DNA from: a virus
Lineage: Duplodnaviria > Caudoviricetes
Direction: 5' to 3' (one strand)
Virus record (IMG/VR): IMGVR_UViG_3300030102_005019
Span: 1 to 57,469 of that record
DNA length: 57,469 nt
In this document: one piece after another, positions 16,485 through 25,302 of the stretch
Numbering within the stretch: the stretch's first letter is position 1
Layout: each line of letters begins with the position of its first letter
Position numbers and translations under genes: made by a program
The notes under the pieces: generated by a model
The model's input: only the letters and a program-made list of their open reading frames with translations
Told to the model about the DNA's origin: nothing
The model's database searches: none

Positions 16485-16516
16485 ACAGACATACAACGCG
16501 AGATGGAATATAATAT
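16485..16516 (+). promoter_or_regulatory. Early promoter-like motif, copy 9
   Basis: ACAGAC-N18-TATAATAT preceded by GTGTATAGCA; last copy before the replication module. Confidence 0.7.
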
Positions 16517-16787
16517 TAACGATGAACAATTAAACAAACTAGCAGATTTGATTGTAAAAAAAATTATAGCAAAACAAAACCACGTATATCTATTAGCCCT
16601 TGAAGAAGAAGATTTACTAGGTGAACTTGCAAGATTAACTACAATGTTACAGTTGTATGAAGACGGTGAAAAATACGAAAAAGCTCAAATTATTAAACGC
16701 AAAATGGATATTTTGAGTATCAAAATTAATAAGATAAATATTAAAATCAAAGATCACGACAAGGGGAATGATGATGATGATATTTAA
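16503..16787 (+). CDS. Hypothetical helical protein (UVR-like EKYEKAQ.IK motif)
   Basis: Likely start ATG 16503; start uncertain because it overlaps the promoter motif. Confidence 0.55.
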   Translation: MEYNINDEQLNKLADLIVKKIIAKQNHVYLLALEEEDLLGELARLTTMLQLYEDGEKYEKAQIIKRKMDILSIKINKINIKIKDHDKGNDDDDI

Positions 16788-16804
16788 TTTGAATTATTAT
16801 AATT

Positions 16805-16859
16805 TTTTAGTTGTTTGAAATGTTCAGGGGTTTGATCTTTGACCTGAACGCAACTAAAA
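16805..16859 (+). other. Intergenic hairpin
   Basis: TTTTAGTTG/CAACTAAAA enclosing GTTCAGG/CCTGAAC. Confidence 0.45.
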
Positions 16860-16862
16860 CTA

Positions 16863-16907
16863 TGACAATAGGTTATAAGATATATATATTACAGGCTAAT
16901 GTCACAC
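16863..16907. promoter_or_regulatory. Bipartite inverted-repeat site, copy 2 (overlaps HTH gene start)
   Basis: Reverse complement GTGTGACATTAGCCT-N19-ACCTATTGTCA. Confidence 0.6.
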
Positions 16908-17561
16908 AATAGACTAGATTATTTAAATAATAATAGAATCATATACAGAAGGTATCCTGTAAATGATAAACCTACACATGATTTTGTGTGGGGTTGGTTT
17001 TATGAACAAGGCACGCATGAGTACTATTATTTATTTCATAGTGCATCTATGATAACAACGTACAGATCATTAAAATGGCATATGCTTGTTTTATCATACC
17101 TCAATACCGAAATGACAAATGATAATTTTAAAAAACTATACAAATACATAACTAATAGAGATAATGGATTTACAACTTTTAGTATTAATAATAACGATAG
17201 CAGCCGTATTTTTAAGGAAATATTAAATTCAGACTTTGAACGAGCACCAAAAAATAAAGCTAGAAAAGTCATATTTAAAATGGGTTGCGGATTAACAAAA
17301 ACAGAAAAATTAAAAATAACAGGAAGTTTAATAGGTAGAAAAAACAGTGTTACAAGTAGTGATTTATATGAAATTATGTTATATATTCATGATACAAGCG
17401 AAAAAATTACGATAAAAAAGATTGCGACTATATTAAAAGTTTCAACTCGTACTATATTTCGAAACATGAATAACCAACTTAATAAAGAAAAGAAATTACT
17501 TAATGAAGAGTTACAACGTACCAAATTACGTACGTTACAAAAAGAGTTTAGCGGAACGTAA
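16899..17561 (+). CDS. C-terminal HTH DNA-binding protein (possible initiator or regulator)
   Basis: ITIKKIATILKVSTRTIFR helix-turn-helix. Confidence 0.65.
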   Translation: MSHNRLDYLNNNRIIYRRYPVNDKPTHDFVWGWFYEQGTHEYYYLFHSASMITTYRSLKWHMLVLSYLNTEMTNDNFKKLYKYITNRDNGFTTFSINNNDSSRIFKEILNSDFERAPKNKARKVIFKMGCGLTKTEKLKITGSLIGRKNSVTSSDLYEIMLYIHDTSEKITIKKIATILKVSTRTIFRNMNNQLNKEKKLLNEELQRTKLRTLQKEFSGT

Positions 17562-18258
17562 AATTGAAAATAAACCTTGGAAAGAATATACAAGAGAAGA
17601 ATTAATAATAAAGCTTATGCCATACGCAGAACAAATATCACATAGTTTTTCTACAGCTGATAAAGCTTCAGGTGTTATGAGCATGTTAGACATTATGCAA
17701 GAATCTTTCTATGGTTTAATTGCAGCTGTGGATCGTATAGACTGGAACATTATAGTTCAGGGTGATGAAGATGAAGTATTAAAACAAATAAAAGGCTTTG
17801 TTAAAAAAAGAATTAAAGGGTCAACAAGAAGACACATAGACATGAACAGAGGAGATATACGTATACCAGAACATAAGCTTAACGAAATACGTAGAAATAA
17901 TGGTGAAGATAAAAAAATGATTAAGATGTTTTTTAACTCAATTTTTCTAAGCATTGATGATGATGATGACAGAAAAACAAATTATGAGTTCGAAGACAAA
18001 TCAAAACAATATAATATTAATATTCTTAATAAATATATATTATCTTTGATGAAGACTCATTTAAATGATAAAGAATATGAAGTATTAAGAATGAGCTATG
18101 GTTTAGACTGTGATAAATTACAGGCAAAAGAAATAGCAGCAATACTCAATATAACAGGAGTATCAGACTTTGTGAGAATATCACAAATAAAAAGAGAAGC
18201 TCTGGATAAACTTATTGAAAAGGTAGATCCAGACAGTATTATAGATTTTTTAAACTAA
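17503..18258 (+). CDS. Phage sigma70-family sigma factor
   Basis: Region 2 DIMQESFYGLIAAVDRID, IRIPEH, and region 4 LNDKEYEVLRMSYGL..AKEIAAIL..RISQIKREALDKL. Confidence 0.8.
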   Translation: MKSYNVPNYVRYKKSLAERKIENKPWKEYTREELIIKLMPYAEQISHSFSTADKASGVMSMLDIMQESFYGLIAAVDRIDWNIIVQGDEDEVLKQIKGFVKKRIKGSTRRHIDMNRGDIRIPEHKLNEIRRNNGEDKKMIKMFFNSIFLSIDDDDDRKTNYEFEDKSKQYNINILNKYILSLMKTHLNDKEYEVLRMSYGLDCDKLQAKEIAAILNITGVSDFVRISQIKREALDKLIEKVDPDSIIDFLN

Positions 18259-18271
18259 TAAAATTAAACAT

Positions 18272-18688
18272 ATGAATACCACAAAAACCAGAACCGAAAT
18301 TTTAAATGAGTTATATAAGAAATATAACTTACACAAAGAAGACACGTTTAAATCCCCTCAAGGTTGGACTATTATAACAAGATCAGGTATAGATAAAATT
18401 CAAGCTGTAGCTGATATTAATATAGATTACGACGTTGTCGAATATACACCAGGTGTTTCAGCAGCTGTTAAAGCTAGTTCAGTTTGGAACGACAGGCCAC
18501 TGACTACGTTTGGCGAGGCTAATGAGAAAAACTGTAGACAAAGTTACGTTTTAGCTATGGCTGAAAAAAGAGCTATGTCTCGTATCGTGTTAAAATACAC
18601 GGGTTTTTATGCGTTGGGTGTATTTGGTCAAGACGAATCAGAAGACTTCGTAGATGAAAAAAAATATACGTTAAAACGAACATTATAA
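18272..18688 (+). CDS. Putative ssDNA-annealing / recombination protein
   Basis: IITRSGIDKIQ..FGEA..AMAEKRAMSRIVLK; adjacent to the exonuclease and SSB genes. Confidence 0.5.
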   Translation: MNTTKTRTEILNELYKKYNLHKEDTFKSPQGWTIITRSGIDKIQAVADINIDYDVVEYTPGVSAAVKASSVWNDRPLTTFGEANEKNCRQSYVLAMAEKRAMSRIVLKYTGFYALGVFGQDESEDFVDEKKYTLKRTL

Positions 18689-18689
18689 C

Positions 18690-19445
18690 ATGAACAAAAA
18701 ACAAAAAGCTGAATGGTTAAAGCTTTTAGAAGATGATAATCATTATTATGGTGACTTCGGACAAAAGTTTTTATCATACAGTAAAATAGGTACGTTATTA
18801 AATAATCCTGCAGGTTTTATGGATCAACAAGATCAGAATGTAAACATGCTTATAGGTGGATATTTACACACAATAATATTAGAACCTGAAAAAATTAATA
18901 CGTACAAGGTTATAGAGGCTAGCACGCGAAACACAAAGGTATATAAAGAGATGTCAGATGGTGAGCTGTGTTTATTACAACATGAGGTTGATAAAATTGA
19001 ATTACTAAGAGATAAACTTTTAGCTAATGAAGTTTGTGAAAACTTAATACATGGTAATAAAAAAACAGAACAAAACATAAGTTATGAAATACCAGGTATT
19101 GCTGAAATATATGGAAACTTATGGAAAGGCAAGGCCGATATAATAAATAAAAATGAAAATTTAATCATTGACATTAAGACAACTTCCGATGTTGATGGTT
19201 TTCGTTATAGTGCAAGGAAGTTTAATTACGATTGTCAAGCTTATATTTATAGACAACTATTTGATCTTGACATGATGTTTATGGCTATAGACAAGAGTAC
19301 ACATAAAATAGCTATATTTGAATGTTCTGAAGAGTTTTACGACTCAGGACAAGATAAAGTTATGCGTGCAACAGACATGTATAACTTGTTTTATAAAACA
19401 GAAGGCTTTGATCCTTCACAATATTTTGAATCTAAAATTTTATAA
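18690..19445 (+). CDS. PD-(D/E)XK exonuclease (RecE/ExoVIII-like)
   Basis: LSYS, GGYLHTIILEP, KGKADI..IIDIKTT and YDCQAYIY motifs. Confidence 0.8.
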   Translation: MNKKQKAEWLKLLEDDNHYYGDFGQKFLSYSKIGTLLNNPAGFMDQQDQNVNMLIGGYLHTIILEPEKINTYKVIEASTRNTKVYKEMSDGELCLLQHEVDKIELLRDKLLANEVCENLIHGNKKTEQNISYEIPGIAEIYGNLWKGKADIINKNENLIIDIKTTSDVDGFRYSARKFNYDCQAYIYRQLFDLDMMFMAIDKSTHKIAIFECSEEFYDSGQDKVMRATDMYNLFYKTEGFDPSQYFESKIL

Positions 19446-19447
19446 TT

Positions 19448-19756
19448 ATGGCAGGACTTATAAACGCAAGTTTAAATCTTACAGAAATACCTAAAGACAG
19501 AATTGTTAAAGGTAAAAAAGGTCAATACATTAACGTTACAATAGCTGTTAATGATGACCCAGATCAGTTTGATCAGCATTGTTCAATTACAGTGCAACAA
19601 ACTAAAGAAGAAAGAGAAGCTAAAGAAAAAAAGCTTTATCTAGGTAACGGAAAAGTTGTTTGGTCAAATGGTGTTTTTCCAGACAAACCAGCTTTTGTAG
19701 AAAAAACTCCAATAGCTCCTGAAGCTAAAGTACAAAACGACGACTTACCATTTTAA
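19448..19756 (+). CDS. Putative single-stranded DNA-binding protein
   Basis: Acidic DDLPF C-terminus; YLGNGKVVW. Confidence 0.7.
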   Translation: MAGLINASLNLTEIPKDRIVKGKKGQYINVTIAVNDDPDQFDQHCSITVQQTKEEREAKEKKLYLGNGKVVWSNGVFPDKPAFVEKTPIAPEAKVQNDDLPF

Positions 19757-19769
19757 TTTAATATAATAA

Positions 19770-21497
19770 ATGCACGTTAACGACGTAGAGATCAATGGCT
19801 TTGCAATAGACGAATTTAATGTCTATAAGCTTGAGGTGGGTAAAACACAAGGTATTTGCCCACTTTGTTCTCACGATAGAAAACCTAAAAATAGAAAAGC
19901 AAAATGTGCAAGCTATGATTGGGAAAGAGGTTTGGGTACATGTCACAACTGTAATAACACTTTTCAATTCCATACATATAAACGTAAAGGCAATAAAAAC
20001 AAAGATTATGTTTTGCCTCAATATTCAACTAAAACACACGCGCAACCTGGTGAACGTTTGTTACAATGGTTTAACAAGCGTGGTATAAGCCAAAAAACAT
20101 TACAAGAGTTAAATGTCTCTCAAGGTCCAGAATATATGCCACAAACTGGTAAGGAGGAAACAACAATTAAATTCAATTATATTGTTGGTGGTAAATTAAT
20201 AAACATTAAATATAGAGACGCTAGAAAAAACTTTAAACTTTATAAAGGCGCTGAAAAAGTATTTTATAATATTGATAGCATTGTTGGGTATGACACTTGC
20301 GTTATAACAGAGGGTGAAATGGACGTTTTAGCTTTTCATGAGGCAGGAATAAAAAACGTAATATCAGTACCTAATGGAGCAACCATAAACAATAATAATT
20401 TAGATTATTTAGATAATTGTATAGATTATTTTGATGATAAGAAAAAAGTTATTATTGCTGTAGACGCAGACGTTGCTGGTCAAGCTTTACAACAAGAACT
20501 TATACGTAGGCTAGGTCCAGAAGTTTGCTATACACTTTCGTTTACCGACGTTAAAGATCCAAACGAATACTTATTAAAACATGGTAAAGATGAATTAAGG
20601 TCTATAGTTAGTAAAGCTAAACCTGTACCGCTAGAAAACGTTACAACATATAAAGATATAGAAGCTGATGTAGAAGAGTTTGTTAAACATGGTTTCAAAC
20701 CTGGTTATCAAGTTGGTTTGTCTAATTTTGATAATATTTTTAGTACATACACAGGTCAATTTATTACTGTAACAGGTATACCAAGCAGTGGTAAATCAGA
20801 CTTTGTAGATCAAATGTGTATTGGTTATAATAAAAATTATGGTTGGAAAACAGCCTTTGCGTCACCAGAGAACGCACCAACATATTTACATATTCACAAG
20901 CTAATACGTAAGGTCTGGGAAGGTATGCCAAGTAAAAACGACATACACGGTGACAAATGGAAAAGTGTTACAAACCACATTAACGATAATTTCTATTTTA
21001 TTGATTTAGAGCGGTTTACGTTAGAAAGTGTGTTACGAAAGGGTGCAGAACTTGTTAAGCGTAAAGGTATTAAATGTTTGGTTATAGATCCTTTCAATAA
21101 GATAAGAGATGTAGATTCAAACACTGATGACATAAACAGGTACACAATGGAATATCTTACAAAAATTGAAACTTTTTGTAAAAAATATGATACATTAGTG
21201 TTTATAGTTGCGCATCCTACAAAAATGTACAAAGACAGCAATGGTAATATAGAAGAACCAACAATGTATAATATTAAAGGCGGTGGTGAATGGTATGATG
21301 CAAGCTATCACGGTTTATTAATTCATAGAAACTATGAAGAAAAAACTGTAAAAGCAAAAATATTAAAAGTTAAATTTCAAAACTTAGGTGAAAATGGAGC
21401 TGAAGCACATTTTAGGTGGGATCGTAGATCAGGTTGTTTTATACCTATAATAACTGATACAATAAATGAAGAAGAGGCGTTACCCTGGGAAAAATGA
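19770..21497 (+). CDS. Primase-helicase (T7 gp4/Twinkle-like)
   Basis: Zn finger CPLC..CHNC, TOPRIM ITEGEMD/DAD, Walker A GIPSSGKS, LVIDP, VAHP. Confidence 0.92.
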   Translation: MHVNDVEINGFAIDEFNVYKLEVGKTQGICPLCSHDRKPKNRKAKCASYDWERGLGTCHNCNNTFQFHTYKRKGNKNKDYVLPQYSTKTHAQPGERLLQWFNKRGISQKTLQELNVSQGPEYMPQTGKEETTIKFNYIVGGKLINIKYRDARKNFKLYKGAEKVFYNIDSIVGYDTCVITEGEMDVLAFHEAGIKNVISVPNGATINNNNLDYLDNCIDYFDDKKKVIIAVDADVAGQALQQELIRRLGPEVCYTLSFTDVKDPNEYLLKHGKDELRSIVSKAKPVPLENVTTYKDIEADVEEFVKHGFKPGYQVGLSNFDNIFSTYTGQFITVTGIPSSGKSDFVDQMCIGYNKNYGWKTAFASPENAPTYLHIHKLIRKVWEGMPSKNDIHGDKWKSVTNHINDNFYFIDLERFTLESVLRKGAELVKRKGIKCLVIDPFNKIRDVDSNTDDINRYTMEYLTKIETFCKKYDTLVFIVAHPTKMYKDSNGNIEEPTMYNIKGGGEWYDASYHGLLIHRNYEEKTVKAKILKVKFQNLGENGAEAHFRWDRRSGCFIPIITDTINEEEALPWEK

Positions 21498-21744
21498 TAA
21501 TGTTATACGGTATGGTAAATATAATCCTACAGACAAAGAAATTGAAGCTAGAAATTGGTGTATCAATAATAGAATTATTATTTGGCCAGAAACAAAGCTT
21601 GCTAATTCTTGGAAAATTGAAATAAGAATAAATGGAAAAAGTTATAAATCACCTGAAGAATACCGCAGAGATGTTGTATGGCAAAAAATGTATGAGTTCT
21701 ACGGGTATTATTACAAAAAATATAGAAATGAAAACAGTATTTGA
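21466..21744 (+). CDS. Hypothetical protein
   Basis: Fills the gap between helicase and ThyA. Confidence 0.55.
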   Translation: MKKRRYPGKNDNVIRYGKYNPTDKEIEARNWCINNRIIIWPETKLANSWKIEIRINGKSYKSPEEYRRDVVWQKMYEFYGYYYKKYRNENSI

Positions 21745-22372
21745 TAACGCAAACGAAGCTTACGAATATTTTTTAGATAAAATAATATTAGAAGGTAAAG
21801 ACTTTGATAATACAAAGGCTTTATTTAATGTTGGTTTTACAATTTTAAATCCAGAAAAAAATATTATAAAAAACAAAGAACGAAATTGGAAAATAGACTA
21901 CGCTGAAGCTGAATGGAAATGGTATGTGTCTGGTGATCGTAATATAAAAAAGCTTGGAGAGCTTTATGGCAAAATACCTGCTATTTGGAAACGCATGGCT
22001 TTTCCCAACGGTAACGTAAACTCTAATTATGGTTGGCAATGGAGAAGAAACGATCAATTAAACATGGTTATAAATTTATTACGCAACTCGCCTAACACAA
22101 GGCAAGCTGCAATAAGTATATACGATGGTAAAGAGATGTTAGATTATGATTATGACACGCCTTGTACGTATGCTGTTCAGTTTACAATATTAGATAATGA
22201 GCTAAATATGTCAGCTATAATGCGTTCTAATGATCTCTGGTACGGCTTTTGTAACGATCAGTACTGTTTTAGTCAATTACAAAAATATGTTGCAGAGAGA
22301 TTAAATTTACGGGTTGGTACATATTATCATTTTGCACACAACCTGCATTTGTATAACGATAAAATAAATTAA
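21728..22372 (+). CDS. thyA: Thymidylate synthase
   Basis: Likely start ATG 21728; NYGWQW, TRQA, PC catalytic motif, MRSND, ND and HLY. Confidence 0.85.
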   Translation: MKTVFDNANEAYEYFLDKIILEGKDFDNTKALFNVGFTILNPEKNIIKNKERNWKIDYAEAEWKWYVSGDRNIKKLGELYGKIPAIWKRMAFPNGNVNSNYGWQWRRNDQLNMVINLLRNSPNTRQAAISIYDGKEMLDYDYDTPCTYAVQFTILDNELNMSAIMRSNDLWYGFCNDQYCFSQLQKYVAERLNLRVGTYYHFAHNLHLYNDKIN

Positions 22373-23233
22373 ATGTATTATATTTATCATATACCAGGCC
22401 AAAAAATAGGCGTAACAACTAACCCAAAAATAAGGGTTGAGAAAATACAAGGTTATAAACCTAGTGAATATGAAATATTATTAGAAACTGAATGTATAAA
22501 CGAAGCTTCTGAAAAAGAAATATTATATCAAAAAGAATATAGATATAGAATAGACAGAACTTTATATAAAAATTTAACGGTAAATAAAATGAAATTAAAC
22601 ATAACAGAACAAACAACTACTTTTCCTGTGCCAAGGAAATCATTAAACAAGTTACTGCAGGGAAATATAGGTTTTTCATGGCAGACTAAATACGGTAAAG
22701 TTGCGCTTGATGTTCCTACCGCATCTTGGATCGTAAACAACTCACATAATTCTCAATTCAGTAAAGATCGATGTTATGTTTACAACAAAGCTTTATATGA
22801 GTTTTTCTCAGATGAAAACAGTTTAGAAAGTTTGCAGAAATACATGAAGGAACAAAAACTTAAAGAACATATAAACGAAGTAAGCGAAAAGGTAAAACAA
22901 ATAAATGTTGTAGACATGGAAATGGTTATACCAACTTCAGATCTTTTTCCTTTAATTAGACAGTGGGCAAGAGAAAGAAAATTATATGAAAAGGGTGATT
23001 CAAAAACACAATATGTAAAGCTTCAAGAAGAAGCAGGTGAACTAGCTAAAGCTTTATTAAATAATAACAGAGCTGAAATAGATGATGCGATTGGTGATGT
23101 TGTTGTTGTGTTAACTAATTTAGCACACTTAGAAGGTTTAACTATAGAAGACTGTATTAGGAACGCGTATAACGTTATAAGTAAACGAAAAGGTAAAATG
23201 GTAAACGGTACATTTATAAAAGAAAAACTATGA
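22373..23233 (+). CDS. GIY-YIG-like N-terminus fused to MazG-like NTP pyrophosphohydrolase
   Basis: MYYIYHIPGQKIGVT..R; C-terminal KLQEEAGELA..DDAIGDVVVVL..AYNVISKRKG. Confidence 0.75.
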   Translation: MYYIYHIPGQKIGVTTNPKIRVEKIQGYKPSEYEILLETECINEASEKEILYQKEYRYRIDRTLYKNLTVNKMKLNITEQTTTFPVPRKSLNKLLQGNIGFSWQTKYGKVALDVPTASWIVNNSHNSQFSKDRCYVYNKALYEFFSDENSLESLQKYMKEQKLKEHINEVSEKVKQINVVDMEMVIPTSDLFPLIRQWARERKLYEKGDSKTQYVKLQEEAGELAKALLNNNRAEIDDAIGDVVVVLTNLAHLEGLTIEDCIRNAYNVISKRKGKMVNGTFIKEKL

Positions 23234-23490
23234 AAATCAAAACACAAGACAAAGTAGTACGAGCAGTACTCAGAAAAATAGATGAACGAAGTTTAAAAGG
23301 TCAGGCTAAATACGGGGCTATGATGCACGAAGAGGTTGATGGTGGTGATAAAAATTTAATGGACTTTTTAATTGACGTTCAAGAAGAAATAATGGATGCG
23401 TTATTATATATTGAAGCAGCAAAAAGATGTTTGCAAGACGAAGTTGAAGACACGCTGTTAAAACAATATGAAGATCGCTTCGACGATTAA
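23230..23490 (+). CDS. Small all-alpha nucleotide-hydrolase-like protein
   Basis: ERSLKGQAKYG..QEEIMDALLY. Confidence 0.5.
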   Translation: MKIKTQDKVVRAVLRKIDERSLKGQAKYGAMMHEEVDGGDKNLMDFLIDVQEEIMDALLYIEAAKRCLQDEVEDTLLKQYEDRFDD

Positions 23491-23491
23491 T

Positions 23492-23938
23492 ATGAAAAAA
23501 AAATATTATAAAAAGAAAAAAAGAGGACCAGTTAGGTCTAAAAAAGTAGAATATGATGGAATATTATTTGCCTCAGGCCTTGAGAAATACATGTATTGTG
23601 CATTAAAAAAGGCTAATATTAAAGTTAAGTATGAAGGAGAAACATTTGTATTAATAAATGGTTTTCATTTTGAAAACGAATGTTTTGAACGTATGTCTAA
23701 CGGTAAAGGTGTTTTTAAAGATCGAGGAAAAAAAAGAATATTACCTATTAAATACACACCTGATTTTATAGGTACAGATTTTATTATTGAATGCAAGGGT
23801 AGAGCCAATGAGTCTTTTCCCATGCGTTGGAAGTTGTTTAAACTATTAGTTAGCAAACAGTTTCCGGGTTATAAATTGTTCAAACCTCAAAATCAGTTAG
23901 AATGCGATCAGGTAATACAAGAAATACAAAGGGCTTAG
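23492..23938 (+). CDS. T7 endonuclease I-like Holliday junction resolvase
   Basis: FASGLE..YE..YTPDF..IIECKG; ATG 23492 is the likely start. Confidence 0.75.
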   Translation: MKKKYYKKKKRGPVRSKKVEYDGILFASGLEKYMYCALKKANIKVKYEGETFVLINGFHFENECFERMSNGKGVFKDRGKKRILPIKYTPDFIGTDFIIECKGRANESFPMRWKLFKLLVSKQFPGYKLFKPQNQLECDQVIQEIQRA

Positions 23939-24066
23939 CTAGAAGAAAATACGCAGAAAGGCAGATAAACAAATATATAAGATGGTCAATGGAAACAAGA
24001 GGTTGTCTTAGATATAAAGACTTAGAATATCAATATAAAAAGTATAACATAAAATGTTATGGCTAA
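23902..24066 (+). CDS. Small hypothetical protein
   Basis: MRSGNTRNTKGLARRKYAERQINKYIRW...; below the track cutoff. Confidence 0.4.
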   Translation: MRSGNTRNTKGLARRKYAERQINKYIRWSMETRGCLRYKDLEYQYKKYNIKCYG

Positions 24067-24199
24067 AAAGATTATAAACTATAATAAACTATATAAAAAG
24101 AAAATACGCAGGCCAGGTGTGCATGCGAAATCTAAAACAAGTAATTTAAAAAGCAGTAAAAACTATGTCAAAAAATACAGAAAACAAGGCAGAATCTAA
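24059..24199 (+). CDS. Small basic protein (46 aa)
   Basis: MAKK...RRPGVHAKSKTSNLKSSKNYVKKYRKQGR. Confidence 0.55.
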   Translation: MAKKIINYNKLYKKKIRRPGVHAKSKTSNLKSSKNYVKKYRKQGRI

Positions 24200-24332
24200 C
24201 TGGGAAATAAGTGTTGGCACTTATAACGGTTTTTTATTTGGTATCAGAAGATACGAAGACGAAGAAAACAACATTAACAACTATGTTTTATATATACCAT
24301 TTGTGGATATATGTTTAACAATACAATATTAA
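24165..24332 (+). CDS. Small hypothetical protein (55 aa)
   Basis: ...WEISVGTYNGFLFGIRRY..YVLYIPFVDICL; ends just before nrdB. Confidence 0.5.
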   Translation: MSKNTENKAESNWEISVGTYNGFLFGIRRYEDEENNINNYVLYIPFVDICLTIQY

Positions 24333-24333
24333 T

Positions 24334-25293
24334 ATGGGGCTATTTGATCAGCGAATACCATACAAACCGTTTGAATATCCAGAATATTACACCGAAGGTT
24401 GGTTAAAACAAGCTCAGGCGTTTTGGTTACACACTGAAATACCTATGAGTGGAGATGTAAAAGACTGGAAAGAAAAACTAACACCTGAAGAAAAAAACTT
24501 GGTAGGTAATATATTATTAGGTTTTGCGCAAACAGAATGTGCTGTTTCTGATTATTGGACACAAAAGGTTGTTGGTTGGTTTCCTAAACACGAGATACAA
24601 CAAATGGCTATGATGTTTGGTTCACAAGAAACAATACATGCTGTGGCTTATAGTTATTTAAATGAAACGTTAGGTTTAGAAAATTTTGAAGCTTTTTTAC
24701 AAGATGAAGCTACAATGGAAAGATTTGATAATTTAGTAGCATATGAAGGAAATGATAAAAAAGAAATTGCAAAAAGCTTGGCGGTCTTTTCTGCTTTTGC
24801 AGAAGGCGTTTCTTTATACTCCGCGTTTGCAGTTTTGTATAGCTTTCAAATGCGAAACTTATTAAAGGGTATAGGACAGCAAATGAAATGGTCTGTTAGA
24901 GACGAATCATTACACAGCAAAATGGGTTGTCATTTATTTAGGCATATGTGCAAAGAAGATGATACTTTATTAGATGATTGTAAACAAACTATTTTAGACG
25001 CAGCTAATTCAATGCACGACGCTGAAATGAAATATATTGATAAAATGTTTGAAATGGGTGATATTGAAAATCTTAAAGCAAACGATCTAAAACAATTTAT
25101 AAAAAAAAGATTAAATGAAAAACTTATGGAACTTGGCTATGAAGGAGTATTCGAGTATGACGAGGCTTCAGCAGATAATCTTAATTGGTTTTACCATCTT
25201 ACCGGCGGGCACACTCATACTGATTTTTTCGCTATACGCCCGACAGACTACAGTAAAGCAAATGAAGGAGAAGATTTTGAAAATATTTGGTAA
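24334..25293 (+). CDS. nrdB: Ribonucleotide reductase class Ia beta subunit
   Basis: ETIHAVAYS, EGVSLYSAF and RDESLH diiron motifs; C-terminal DFFAIRPTDY. Confidence 0.93.
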   Translation: MGLFDQRIPYKPFEYPEYYTEGWLKQAQAFWLHTEIPMSGDVKDWKEKLTPEEKNLVGNILLGFAQTECAVSDYWTQKVVGWFPKHEIQQMAMMFGSQETIHAVAYSYLNETLGLENFEAFLQDEATMERFDNLVAYEGNDKKEIAKSLAVFSAFAEGVSLYSAFAVLYSFQMRNLLKGIGQQMKWSVRDESLHSKMGCHLFRHMCKEDDTLLDDCKQTILDAANSMHDAEMKYIDKMFEMGDIENLKANDLKQFIKKRLNEKLMELGYEGVFEYDEASADNLNWFYHLTGGHTHTDFFAIRPTDYSKANEGEDFENIW

Positions 25294-25302
25294 ATAAAAA
25301 CT

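Noticed and set aside
7892-16516. Repeats read as a CRISPR array
   Set aside because: Motifs are only 6-10 bp, irregularly spaced and separated by genes; no cas genes seen.
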